A stretch of DNA of 63,645 nt, filler included, from Trichomonas gallinae (GCA_008369845.1; 4 parts of 4 records of this genome joined end to end with filler, not necessarily neighbours in it); one strand, 5' to 3'; shown: positions 11,497 through 23,165, counted from the first letter of the whole stretch. Translations and numbers: made by a program. The notes: generated by a model not told the origin, from the letters alone.

Positions 11497-12498
11497 TCAG
11501 TTTTGGCTGAAATATCTATAAACAGCGCCAGCAATTTCTTTTCCTTTGTCAACGGCAGCTGTAGCAATCGGTGTGGCAGCTGTAGCAACAGCGCTAACGC
11601 CAGATGTAACCGCTGTAGCAACGTCTGTTGCTATATGTTTAACAACATCTACAGCAACAGCACCTGCATTGTTCTGTCTTGGATGGAAGTCGACTGGACC
11701 TGAGCCAGCTGATCCATATTTATTAGTCTTAGGAGGTGGAACCCAAACTCCTGAATCTTGCTCGAAATTCGGGTTTATTCCACGCTGATTGCTCCTTGGT
11801 TGGTCATTACGTGGTGCAATATCTTCATCTTTGCCGAAATCATCGTCGTTTTCTAGCATGTTATCGAAATCATCATCATCCATGATATCTGTAACGCGAG
11901 AGTTCCTTTTAGATTGATATTGTCTGCCCTTGCTTGATACTGGTTTCTTTACAACGATCGTTGGCTTCTTTTGAACTGGTTTCGGTTCCTCGAGTGGCGA
12001 TTTCTCTGGCTGCGCTTTTTCTTCTTCTATTGGTGAAGTTAGCGATGTAAATGGCTGAGACATCGATCTGGGAGGTGCTTTTGCTTCTGGTTTCGGAATT
12101 TCTGTTACTGGATCTGGTTCATCAGAATTGTGATCGCCAGGAAGCTTTGCGCCAGCTTCTGCATAGAGCTGGGTCGCATACTGACGTGCACCGCGAGATT
12201 TATACTTTGTTGAAGCAGGTAATGAGTCGATTCCAATTGATTTGAAATAATCTCTTGCTTTCTTGTTTCCTCCGCATTTCATTACGTTGATTTGTTCTTC
12301 TGTCCACGAATCCAAGTCGAGAGATCTAACGAAAGAGACGTGAACGCCCATACCTCTATGCTTTCCTGCGCATTCGAGGCAGATCCAAATTCCGTAGGTA
12401 ACCGACGCCCACGTTGGATTCTTCGCGCCGCAGTCTGCGCAAGTCTTGTTATCCGGGCGGCGCGCAATCCTCCTAAGTTCGTCTTTGTTATCGCTCAT
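11497..12498 (-). CDS. ArfGAP (ArfGAP1/Gcs1-like)
   Basis: Zinc finger CADC-x16-CLEC with catalytic Arg in HRGMGVHVSFVRS. Confidence 0.93.
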   Translation of the reverse strand: MSDNKDELRRIARRPDNKTCADCGAKNPTWASVTYGIWICLECAGKHRGMGVHVSFVRSLDLDSWTEEQINVMKCGGNKKARDYFKSIGIDSLPASTKYKSRGARQYATQLYAEAGAKLPGDHNSDEPDPVTEIPKPEAKAPPRSMSQPFTSLTSPIEEEKAQPEKSPLEEPKPVQKKPTIVVKKPVSSKGRQYQSKRNSRVTDIMDDDDFDNMLENDDDFGKDEDIAPRNDQPRSNQRGINPNFEQDSGVWVPPPKTNKYGSAGSGPVDFHPRQNNAGAVAVDVVKHIATDVATAVTSGVSAVATAATPIATAAVDKGKEIAGAVYRYFSQN

Positions 12499-12961
12499 TG
12501 AGATTTTTACGGTTTTTTTTCCAATATGAGGCCATTCATTATTTTTGTATTCTGATGGCGTTTTATGACTATCTATATGAGGATTATTTCATTTTTCACT
12601 TTAAAATTGGTTCATAATCAGTATTTTCAATTTTTCGAGTATATAAGGTTATTTTAACAATAAGGTTAGATTTAAAATTAACGTTCAATTTGCTATGTAA
12701 ATATTTTTACATGTCATATGTTTTTTTCAGAACAACATATTTGACTCCTGTTAGGGATGTGTGAACTGGCCGTTTAATGATGAATTCGTTGATTTAAAAT
12801 TCGATCGCGAAAAGTGACAAAGTGTCGAAAAGTGACAAAGTTGTTTAAAATTTTAAAAGCTGATCAATGTCGTTCATGATTTAAAATATAATCAGTTATA
12901 TAAGAATTCTAAATAGCTGTATATTTAAATTATAAAAATATAAACAATAATAAAAAATATC

Positions 12962-13867
12962 TTACTTATTTGTGGTATTAGCAATTGCTTGTGTTGCAGC
13001 TCCTGCTGTTGATGATGGTGTAAGACCAGTAAGACCAGTTCCCTTATTAACTGTTGATGTACCTGTAGAAATTCCAAGTTTATTTCCAGCAGCAAATGAT
13101 GTTTTAGCTGTCTGGTTGCAAAGCTCTGAGAAATTGGTTTTAGTATCGCGTTTTTCAAGATCTCTTTTTCTTTGAGCAAGATATTGCTTAAATGATGATT
13201 CAATTTCAAGGGAATCTGAATCTTTCTCTATATCTCTCTTGAACTCGAGGTGGTCAGTCTGAAGACCGTGTTTCTTAAATGTTCGAATCAATTTTTCCAT
13301 CAATTTGTCTGATTTATCTTTGATGTCAGCCATTTTAGTTCCACAGCGAACTATAGCATCGCTCTGTGACTCAAGCAGTTCTTTAAGAATTCTTGGGTCT
13401 TCTATAGATTTCGATGGCTCCATCGATTTCTCGAATAATCTGATGGTTTCTGTGATATCGCTTGCTTTTTTGCCTAAATCGTCGATATAATTCAAGAAGA
13501 ATGTTGATGGAAATGTCCTGTTTGAATTTGCTTCAAGAACACCTGTAGAATGACGGAATTCTTCGAGTTTTTCACGACTTTCATCAAGAATTGATTTTCC
13601 GTGGTTGACTTCTTTTGATAATGATGTTAAAGTATGTTTAATTGCTCTTGTTGCATTAATTTCTATCTCATTCATGCCCTTGTTGAAAGATTCTACACCT
13701 TCTAAAGGTTTAACTGTCTTATCAAACTCAGATATAATTTCGTGAACTTGGACAAAAAGCCTACAGAAGCTTGTTTTTCCAAATTCTTTATCGGATTCGT
13801 CAAGAACTGTGTCTTCCGGCATTGGATTCAGATCAACAAACTCAACAGCAGTCGACCCAAAACTCAT
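12962..13867 (-). CDS. Coiled-coil protein, candidate Nup58/Nup49-like nucleoporin
   Basis: FPSTFFLNYIDDL...IRLFEKSM and PRILKELLESQSDAIVRCGTKMADIKDK resemble the Nup58 helical core; T/G/S/A-rich low-complexity tail. Confidence 0.55.
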   Translation of the reverse strand: MSFGSTAVEFVDLNPMPEDTVLDESDKEFGKTSFCRLFVQVHEIISEFDKTVKPLEGVESFNKGMNEIEINATRAIKHTLTSLSKEVNHGKSILDESREKLEEFRHSTGVLEANSNRTFPSTFFLNYIDDLGKKASDITETIRLFEKSMEPSKSIEDPRILKELLESQSDAIVRCGTKMADIKDKSDKLMEKLIRTFKKHGLQTDHLEFKRDIEKDSDSLEIESSFKQYLAQRKRDLEKRDTKTNFSELCNQTAKTSFAAGNKLGISTGTSTVNKGTGLTGLTPSSTAGAATQAIANTTNK

Positions 13868-14243
13868 TTATTTTTTTTTTTGCTTTTTTTGTCTTTTTCA
13901 TTATTTTGATTATTTAACACTGGAAATGTTTATAAAACACTATTTCACAACGCATAGCAATTTTTAATTCATTTTTGATCTCATTTTATAGGAAGAAAAT
14001 CATTTTTTAACTCTTTGCAGTTTGTTAGTCAAAAGTCTAGATTCTATATGTATGAAATCTTATTCTCTTTTGAATTGTTTCCATTACAAAAAAATTTATT
14101 CAATCTCATCAAACATAAGTAATCCAATAATAGATAGATCTTGTTGTATATTTTTGTTATCTAGGTATATTTTTAGTATAACTAAATTTGTTAAAAATCA
14201 AAAATATTAATTATTGATTTTGGACGAAATTAACAGTATTTTC

Positions 14244-16422
14244 ATGGTATATGAGCTCAAAATATTGGATTTACATTTGACGAAAAGTGGTATTTCTAAC
14301 AATATCTATTCATCAAAGTTTCCTGGTTCTAAAATCAGAAAATACAGAAAAAAAGCTTAAACATTGGGTTGAAATAGCTAAAAACAAACTCGAAGTTGAG
14401 CAAATCATCAAATATTCGCGTAATGAAAACATAGTCAATATTAAATTATCATATATATCGATAACTGTAAATGGTAGCACGATGATATACAAGGCCCATA
14501 TCCCTTATTTGATACATGAGGAGAAAAATCCTTCAAATTCAAAATTTGTTTTTGTTACTCGAAAAGAAAAAACAATAAATTTCTTCCTCACGTATCCATC
14601 ATTATCTAGTTCTTCAAAAAATGATATGAATCGACTCGTAATTACATTACTTCCATTTTCACCGATTTTGAATTCTCGAAAATCTGATTTTACGATTAAG
14701 TTATTCTCATTATTTGATGTATGTCCACCTCCACTTCATTATTTCGATGATAGAAGGCAACTTCTTTCATACAAAGCAAATTTATCCTACAAAGATATTT
14801 CTTTTTATACAAAATCAAAAATTCATAATCTGGTATTCCCAGAACTCGATAAAGATATGAGTGAAGTTCAAGAAATGAGCATTACTGAACTACAAAAAAA
14901 AATAAAATTTGTAGCTCAAAAATATTTTTACGAACTTGGATTTCAATGCGCAATTTTCGATGGCAATCCATCTGATATACTAGATTCCAATCAACAAAGG
15001 CCAGAAGTTTTAATTTTTATTCCAAAAGATACAAATTTAATAAAGCCTGCGATATTATGCGGCTCAAACATATACAAGTTATCAACAACACTAAAACTGA
15101 TAAATGACTCATTTATCAGCACATTTCAATTTAATGATCAATTTTTCTCAGTTTCAGAAGCAGGAGTCATTCAGAACAGCGGCGTCCCGTGTGCAGGAGA
15201 ATATTTAGCTGTTGCTTATAGATCATACACGGACCAAAGATGCGTTTTGAATATTCCTTCATTTATTCCACGATATGAGAAGATAACTGTTTATCAATTC
15301 AACAAATTGATCAAGCCATATCCCTTAAAATTAGCTGATGATAGAGAAGAAAACAAAGCAGTTGAATGGAATTTATATAAAAATCAAAGTTTGGATTCTA
15401 ATGAGACATTCACAGATCTGCAGTTACTAGAGCAAGCACCAAACGATTATTACTTCGAATTTGATCCATACAAGTTAATATTATCAAGTTTTCCTTTACC
15501 ATCAATTTGCGGCAAATCTGTTCTAAAAATTACAGCAGAAAGCTTGAAATGCATCATATGGATCAATGAATCTATTGTATGTAATAACTCTATCAAATCT
15601 CTGGCTTATTCTCAATATGATCCAAATAAAGAAAATCAAACTGTAATTTCGTCAAATATCTTCACTCCGGTTATTTTGAACAGCATATTATATAGAACTC
15701 AAGATCTTATTAACTTTATTACAACTAATTTAGATTATTCTTCAAATAATGTTGTTACGAATTTTTTCGACAGTAAAATTGTCCAGCGCTACAACAAATC
15801 AGATGATATCATAAACTATGACATTCCAGTCGTCATTTTCCAAGAAGAAAATGGACTAATTCCATTCAACTTTAGATATTTCAATGAATCAGAGATCGAA
15901 GAACATTTAGAACTCAAGGAACATCTTGCTCATATTAATGGTAACTCATTATCTGTGTACACTACAATTTTTCACTCTTTAATTTCAATTCCTTTAATTT
16001 TTTCATGTGAATACAACGAAGCTATTGGTGTCGATAATGAAGATATAGAAGCTGTATGTGCAGCAAATGCTGCTGCCCTCTGCGAGCATATTGTCCAGAT
16101 TTCATTTGGATCAAATATCTTAAATATCAATGATATATTTAATCTTCATAAAGAGATATGCGAGGATTCAATCAACATCTGGGTAAATGACAGAAATCTC
16201 AAGCTAAGCTTCATGGAGTTTAAGGCTGAAGATCCAAAAACAATTATAATCGAAGCATCAAGAGATAAGATAAATTATATTAATATTCCTGTCACGTTCA
16301 AGAAGTCGAAATGTGAAATCTACATAAATCTGCATCCGAAGTTCAGGTACTTTAGACTGACTGGTGTGAACAAATCAAAATTCACCATCTCAGATCTTAA
16401 TTTAGGATTCAGCCCAATTTAA
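14244..16422 (+). CDS. Hypothetical protein of about 725 aa; 5' end needs a frameshift or readthrough
   Basis: Long open frame 14287..16422 with no early ATG. The ATG at 14244 (MVYELKILD...KIRKYRK) joins it if one A is removed from the A7 run at 14348-14354. Confidence 0.65.
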
Positions 16423-16944
16423 CTCTAATTTTGGTATTTATTATGTACGTGAACTCGAGTGTTTATAATGGCTGACTTTTTTTGGAGTGAATTACTCAAA
16501 GATGACCATTAGATTTATTCAAGTTTTCATACATCAATTAATACCATATATTTTCAATTGTAAATTTATAATTTATTCTGTTTGAAAGTATTTTTCTATT
16601 TAACTTCGTATATTTTAAACAAACTCATATTAGATGATATATAACTCGTTTCTATAAATTAAAATGTGATTACAATGCATGCTTTCAAATTTGTAGTAGA
16701 ATTTCGTGCTAGTAAGCTAAAAATCAAATTAATTTGAATAATTGTAGCTGTAAACAGTACTCTGATTAAGTAATATTTGCCTGATATATTGATTTATGAA
16801 TTCAATTTTTTTCGAATTTCTTTAAGAATTTTGGAAATATAAATCGGTAAAAATGTAGTATGTTAATTTATCTTTTAATATAGCCATTTATATTTTTCAA
16901 AAATAATTCTCTAGCATAAAAACATAAAAGAGTCACAAATTTTC

Positions 16945-17009
16945 AAAATATATTACTCACTTTTCCCGCGAAGCGAAGCGAAGCGGGAAAAGTGAGTATT
17001 ATATATTTT
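16945..17009. repeat. Inverted repeat with a GCGAAGC-repeat loop
   Basis: Perfect 16-bp stem TACTCACTTTTCCCGC (16954-16969) / GCGGGAAAAGTGAGTA (16983-16998), loop GAAGCGAAGCGAA, AT-rich extension of the stem. Confidence 0.9.
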
Positions 17010-17021
17010 AATAGTTGTTTG

Positions 17022-17121
17022 NNNNNNNNNNNNNNNNNNNNNNNNNNNNNNNNNNNNNNNNNNNNTTAATTAATTAANNNNNNNNNNNNNNNNNNNNNNN
17101 NNNNNNNNNNNNNNNNNNNNN
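17022..17121. other. Artificial contig linker
   Basis: N44-TTAATTAATTAA-N44, giving stops in all six frames. Confidence 0.98.
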
Positions 17122-17192
17122 GTTCCATAGTGTAATGGCTATCACTGGGGACTCTGAATCCCTAAATCCAGGTTCGATTCCTGGTGGAACCA
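17122..17192 (+). tRNA. tRNA-Gln(CTG), first G cut off by the contig edge
   Basis: (G)GTTCCA/TGGAACC acceptor, anticodon arm GGGGA-CT-CTG-AA-TCCCT, T arm CCAGG-TTCGATT-CCTGG, downstream T-run. Confidence 0.95.
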
Positions 17193-17267
17193 AAATTTTT
17201 CCTTTTTTAATTTTTTTATTATGATTCATTATATAGTAGTTTAGATCGTGTCCAATACCATTTAAAT

Positions 17268-18164
17268 CATGAAGTCCATCGCTCTCGAGTCTTTGCATGT
17301 GATGATTTTAAATATGATTCATAAGGAACTTCAAGGCATTGGAGAATTTTACAATAAGGTTAAATTTTCGAATTGCGAAAATAATCATTTCAGGTTATAA
17401 TATTTTAGATATTAAACCTGCTAAGAAGATATTTTAGGATTTATATGATAAATTTTAAATGTAAATGATATTTTCCGGTGAATTTAATCGAAATAAACAT
17501 CAGAATATTGAAATAGCCGAAATTAAGTTAAATATAGCATAGATAGGCTGTAATGAAATAGATTTTTCTATTCATTAGATCTAATATGAACCGAATATGA
17601 TGAACTTCAAAAATTAGAAAGTTTAAGAATGGTGTTTAGATAGAATGGGTATGTAATGTCTATTTTATTGATTCGTTGAAATACTTCTTTAGAACTGTTA
17701 ATTTCTCCACTGAAAAGTCAAATTGATGAAACACGAATATGGAAAAATTTAAAAACAGAACAGTAGAATATGTTTTTAGGCCCTATGTATGGTATTTACG
17801 CATTCCGTTCTTTCTGGTATCGATCTGTTGAAAATCCTGTTGATTGTTTGATGTTTTATTTGTCAAAATTAATTTACGTGGCATAATACCAATATATTGA
17901 TGACTTCACGACAAATATTCCCAGTTACATGTTGAATACACAAATACAAGAATTAAAGAGTTTTTGCCAAATATCAAAAAGATTTCTCAAAAGTGTGAAA
18001 GATTTTAAAGCTTCACTCGGTGATTTTGATCTAATTGATTTATTCTCAACCAACTCGTAAGGAATTTCTACTCGACCATCAAAAAAATTCAAAGAGTATA
18101 TCGTCATATTTAATAATATTAAATAACTTAATAACCAAAATGTAAAGTGGCTAAAAATGAAGTG
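17268..18164 (+). pseudogene. Possible decayed protein-coding remnant
   Basis: Protein-like frames broken by scattered stops, e.g. LELLISPLKSQIDETRIWKNLKTEQ*NMFLGPMYG...LIYVA*YQYIDDF...FSTNS*GIST. Confidence 0.35.
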
Positions 18165-18418
18165 ACACGGCACTTTTTTGAATCAAACCGTCTCGCATAA
18201 AATATTGAAAACTAATGATTCCACGAAAAAATATAATATTCGAATTGTGTAATAAAATTCAAAAAAGTGACAATGGCCAATGTCTTTTTCTTCGATTTTT
18301 TCTAAATCCATGACCATTAGCCAGTAAAGTGTCTGAAATGGTCCCCAAATTAAACAGAAAAAAGTCATTGCTTAATTTTGCTGTTAGAAAAACTTCTGAC
18401 GGTTTTTCACAATAAACT

Positions 18419-19057
18419 ATGGAAGGCTCTGAGCCCGACTTCCTTCTTAAGATCGTTCTTATCGGTGACTCTGGTGTCGGTAAGACAAACCTTCTTTCCA
18501 GATTCGCCCGCGACCAATTCAACCCAGATTCTAAGTCTACAATCGGTGTCGAATTTGCAACAAAAACACTCGAAATCGAAGGAAAGACAGTTAAAGCACA
18601 GATTTGGGATACAGCTGGTCAGGAGCGTTACCGCGCTATCACATCTGCTTACTATCGTGGAGCTATCGGTGCTCTCCTTCTTTACGATATCACAGCTTCA
18701 TTAACCTTCAGCTCCCTCACACGCTGGCTTCAGGAGCTCCGTGAAAATGCAGACAGCAACATCGTTGTTATGCTTGTCGGTAACAAGTCCGATCTTCAGG
18801 AACTCCGTGCCGTCTCCACAGAAGACGGTACTGGTTTCTCACAGCAGGAGAACCTTCTCTTCATCGAGACATCCGCTCGTAACGCCACAAACGTTCAGGA
18901 GGCCTTTACAACATTGATCACAGAAATTGTCCACCGCCTCTCTAAGCAGAATATTGTTAGCCCAGAATCCCCAGCTAAAGTTGGTCCAAACAAGGGTGTT
19001 ACTATCACATCTCCACAATCCGATGATGCTAAGAAGAAGAAGAACGGCTGCTGCTAA
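18419..19057 (+). CDS. RAB11: Rab11 family GTPase
   Basis: [56 protein letters not shown]-terminal CC. M3-like ACGGTT just upstream. Confidence 0.95.
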   Translation: MEGSEPDFLLKIVLIGDSGVGKTNLLSRFARDQFNPDSKSTIGVEFATKTLEIEGKTVKAQIWDTAGQERYRAITSAYYRGAIGALLLYDITASLTFSSLTRWLQELRENADSNIVVMLVGNKSDLQELRAVSTEDGTGFSQQENLLFIETSARNATNVQEAFTTLITEIVHRLSKQNIVSPESPAKVGPNKGVTITSPQSDDAKKKKNGCC

Positions 19058-19491
19058 AAGAAGAAGTGCCTTGGCATTACTAAAATAATCTTTTTAAAAT
19101 ATCTAATATATCTCAAATGTCTCCATTTTTCTTTTAATATGCCACGGAACAACGAGTTAAAAAACTAGCTCCCAGCTCCCCTATCATTCACATATGCACA
19201 GCCCTGGCCGCTGGCGTGCGAATTCGCTAAAAAAAATCAGGGAATATTCATAAAATTAATGGCAATAATAACGAAAAATTTGTTTTCACAGGGAACAGCG
19301 CTAAATATATGCATATCAACATACAGAAGTATTCTTTAATCAACATAAAAAGGCCATTTACTAACAGTGGGTAATGGCATTAATCATATACTTGCAAGCA
19401 TGGGGCTTTTTTGGGATTCATAAACGCTGAAAAGTCCCATGCAAGCAATATTCTCGCGCATAAAGCTCTCACAGACAAAAAAATAGTAAAG

Positions 19492-20808
19492 TTATTTGCT
19501 ATTTGTTTCGTAGAATTCTCTTAGGAGATGGTTATCGTTTCTATGAATCTCATACTCTTCTCTAAGTTCGTCTAATACCTCTTCTAACTTACCATTCAAC
19601 GAAATCATTTGAGTGTAGATATATTCGAACTCTGGAAGTCCGCAGCCCTTAATTGGTGTAGCATTATGAGGGTAGAGGTGTTCCAGCTCTTCAGCAACGA
19701 CTTTCTTTCGCTCTAAATTTTCCGAGCATTTATTAAACTCGTACGTTAGTTCTTTTTCTTCATCGAGCAAAGCCTGGCGTTGGTACCACTCCTCCTCCAT
19801 GGCTTTGTTAAGGTTAACGATAATATCTGATGATAACATATTTTGTTGTATTTGATTTCTGAGTTCTTTCCTTTTTGCTTCCAACTGATCGGTTAGTTGT
19901 TTAGCCTTGTTTACTTTCGTCTTTAAGTCGACGAGTGCAGCTTTCTTGTATTCTGGGAAATCATATGTTCTTTTCTGAACTTCGTCGATTTTCTGTTGTA
20001 TTTTCTTGCCTTCGGCGACAATGTCTTGTGTTTTTCTCACATATCGTAATTGTATGTCTTCTATCTTCGCTCTCTCTGTTTTTGTCTGTTCATTTATTTC
20101 GTGAAGATGTATTGAAGCTTTGTTAAGTATTTTATATTTCTGCGTGTGCTCCAAGTCTCCTGCTTTGATCTGCTCTGTCACTGTGTTAATATCTGCTGTA
20201 ATTCGTCTCATTTCTGATGTTTTGCATTCTTTTTCTGCCTCAAGGCTGTTCACTTTAGATTCGAGATCAGGAATGACACCAGAAACAGCATCTATGAGTG
20301 TTTGTAATTGATTTATTTGTCCTTCCGCATCAATAATTTCCAAAATATAATCTCTTCCATTTGTCAGCCTTTCGCAGTATGGATGGAATGTATCGACGAA
20401 CTTCTGGCATTCTTCGATCTCTTTATCGAGCGGCTCTTCTTGTTCATATAAATCTTGATCTTGCTTTTCTAAATCGGCGAGATCTTTATCTAATTTGAGC
20501 TTTTTATCGTGAAGTGAGTCGAGCTGTACCATTAATTTCTGATTTTTCTTTGATTCACCACTATATTTAACATTTTGAATTTCTTGGCGAAGATTGTTTA
20601 GCTCAGTAGAAGCAACACCAAGCTCCTGCATTTGTGCCATATCTTCTTTTTCGTTTTCTGCGCGCAAATCATTAATTTGTTGCTGAAGCTGTTGAATTTT
20701 AGCATTTTGTGTGTACATTTCGTTGACTTGTTTCAACAACTTGTCCTTTTCTTGGCTCTGTTGAATAAATTTTTGCTGTAGAATAGCAAATTCTTCTTTA
20801 CTTATCAT
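19492..20808 (-). CDS. Long coiled-coil protein
   Basis: Heptad-rich E/K/Q/L sequence; likely start MISKEEF at 20808. Confidence 0.8.
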   Translation of the reverse strand: MISKEEFAILQQKFIQQSQEKDKLLKQVNEMYTQNAKIQQLQQQINDLRAENEKEDMAQMQELGVASTELNNLRQEIQNVKYSGESKKNQKLMVQLDSLHDKKLKLDKDLADLEKQDQDLYEQEEPLDKEIEECQKFVDTFHPYCERLTNGRDYILEIIDAEGQINQLQTLIDAVSGVIPDLESKVNSLEAEKECKTSEMRRITADINTVTEQIKAGDLEHTQKYKILNKASIHLHEINEQTKTERAKIEDIQLRYVRKTQDIVAEGKKIQQKIDEVQKRTYDFPEYKKAALVDLKTKVNKAKQLTDQLEAKRKELRNQIQQNMLSSDIIVNLNKAMEEEWYQRQALLDEEKELTYEFNKCSENLERKKVVAEELEHLYPHNATPIKGCGLPEFEYIYTQMISLNGKLEEVLDELREEYEIHRNDNHLLREFYETNSK

Positions 20809-22094
20809 TTTTTTGATCAAAAAAAAAATCACGATGTGAAAAATTGACACAACAAAAACATAATCATTTTTTATTTCTATTTTTATATTCTTAACAATGT
20901 ACATATTATATTTGTTAAGTAATTTTAGCGAAGTGTAATATGATTTTAACCTTATTAATCATCATTAACAAAACTTTTTATATTATTATGTTATAATTGT
21001 TTGGCTTTCATATTTTCCTTATACACTATCTTTTACAGTATAATATATGAAGTGCTCATCAAAAATATATTATATAGATAATTTTCTCGATGATGAATTT
21101 CAGCCAGTTTAGAAAAAAAATGATCAACTTTTGCCAAGCCTTAAAATGAAAGAAAATAACAATATATTGTTATAGAGTGCTAGTGCACAAAGTTTGGAAA
21201 TTTTTGGAAATAAAATGATACTAGGTAGGAGAAATCCATCGAAAAATCGACATCCTCATATGCAAATCTATGTCAAGAGTTCTACAATAACAATCACATA
21301 AATGTAATAAAGAATATGGTATTAGAGAAAATCTTAATTATCTATGTTTTCTACGAAAATACAATCGAAATGTTGATAAACAATCAAAATTGATTTTTGG
21401 ATTAAAAATCAGATTTAGTGATATTAGACATGTTAATTTGTGTAATTTTTTTGTAAGATTATAATTGAAAGTTTACGTGTCAGATTATGAAGGACGATAG
21501 GTTAGTTTTGTGCGGTCCTCAGAATTCCTTACAAAAAGCAATGAATTTTGCTGAGTATCGAGATTATGTCCATCTAGTTTATGAACCAGTCTTGTGACCT
21601 GTAAAAACATTTATTATATGAGTTTGACTGCTTTTTAACTTATTTTAGTGTTGTGCAAAATTAAATTTACATGTCAAATTTTCAATTTTCCCATACTGTC
21701 CGATAACCTCTAAATTTGTTATTGCGGTAAACTGTTTATCACACTACGTGATTAATTGTTTTTTTCAGAAAAACTAAATTTAATTCTTCAAATTTACTTT
21801 TTCAAACCTAACTTGTGTGTGAGATATTTTAGATATATCATACATAGTATGTGCTTATTATAAATATAGAATGAAGGGAAGAGAATACGGCAAATTGAAT
21901 TGGCGGCTTACATTCGTCATCGAATTTACATGTCAAAAAAATCCTGGGAATTGAATTATATAAAAAAAATATAAAATGCTTTTTCTTAGGCCTAAATTTT
22001 TACTACCAGTCCATACATGACAAGAAAATTATAAAAAAATTTTATGCAATTGACGTTTTGTAAAGATCTCAAAAAGCCTAGAAATTTTTGAAAT

Positions 22095-23165
22095 ATGACT
22101 GACTCTAAGACCCGACCGAAGTTTGATGAAGGCACTGAGGTAAACAAGTACCGCATCATCAAACACATCGGGAGTGGCGGTTTTGGTGATATTTATACAG
22201 TCATAGATACAACTGCAACGGAAACAAAATTATATGCCATGAAAGTCGAGTATTTGGAGGCTGAAAAGCAAGGACTATTAGATGAAATCGCGTTTATGGA
22301 AAAATTACAAGATTCTCCGTATTTCCCGAAATTATTAGATAAAGGCCAAAATGATAAGTGCAGATATTTCATCATGGAGTTGTTTGGCCCATCTGTTTCC
22401 AACATGAGACGCGCTTGTGAGGGCAGACATTACACAAATTACTCTATGTTGAGATTATCTCTTGAAATGGCAAAATGCATTGAAGAATTCCATCGCCACG
22501 GATTTGTTCATAGAGATATCAAGCCAGCCAACTTTCTTATTCGAGCAAATAGAGATAAACCTGTATGTTTGATTGATTTTGGCCTCTCAAAATCTTACAT
22601 TAATCATTCTACTGGTGAACATATCCCTTTCAGTCGAGATGCAGGCTTTACTGGCACATGCAGGTATGCGTCTATCAACGCACACGATAGTTTTGAACTG
22701 TCAAGGCGTGATGACATGCTCTCCTGGTTCTATTCTGTTATAGAACTGGCAGAGGGACGTGTTCCATGGCCAGGAAGCAAGGATAGAGAAGCAACTGAAC
22801 AAATGAAACGTAGAACGCGTGCTGCAGATTTATGTCGCGGTTTACCAGAAGAATTCATTGACATCTATCGTCGCCTCAGAGCTCTCGATTTCGAGGAGGT
22901 TCCCCAGTACTCGCATATATATTTCCTCATTCAAAAAGCGATCGACAGATTATGTACTCCACCGTTTTTGTTCGATTGGGAAAGCTTTACGCCAGAGCAA
23001 GTCTCTCACATATCTGAAATCCCTCTGGCAATGCCACCGCCACGCACGGACTCAATGTTCAGTGGAGAAGGCCAAAGTGCACAAAAGCCAGATCTTTCAA
23101 AGATGGATTACGACAAGGAGCCAGACACCGCTGAAGGCGGCTGCCATGCTTGTAGAATTTTCTAA
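22095..23165 (+). CDS. CK1/TTBK-group Ser/Thr kinase with CaaX tail
   Basis: GSGGFG, AMKVE, HRDIKPANF, LIDFGL, TGTCRYAS, SRRDD, C-terminal CHACRIF. Confidence 0.93.
   Translation: MTDSKTRPKFDEGTEVNKYRIIKHIGSGGFGDIYTVIDTTATETKLYAMKVEYLEAEKQGLLDEIAFMEKLQDSPYFPKLLDKGQNDKCRYFIMELFGPSVSNMRRACEGRHYTNYSMLRLSLEMAKCIEEFHRHGFVHRDIKPANFLIRANRDKPVCLIDFGLSKSYINHSTGEHIPFSRDAGFTGTCRYASINAHDSFELSRRDDMLSWFYSVIELAEGRVPWPGSKDREATEQMKRRTRAADLCRGLPEEFIDIYRRLRALDFEEVPQYSHIYFLIQKAIDRLCTPPFLFDWESFTPEQVSHISEIPLAMPPPRTDSMFSGEGQSAQKPDLSKMDYDKEPDTAEGGCHACRIF

Noticed and set aside
17066..17077. TTAATTAATTAA palindrome repeated three times within N runs
   Set aside because: Identical 100-bp construct at each gap; an artificial contig joiner.
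17074..17298. 74-aa ORF in the track
   Set aside because: It is antisense to tRNA-Gln and runs into Ns.
19395..19445. RNase MRP/P P4-like words (ATGGGGCTT, GAAAAGTCCC)
   Set aside because: The order is reversed and they pair locally as a simple hairpin; kept only as a generic structured-RNA candidate.
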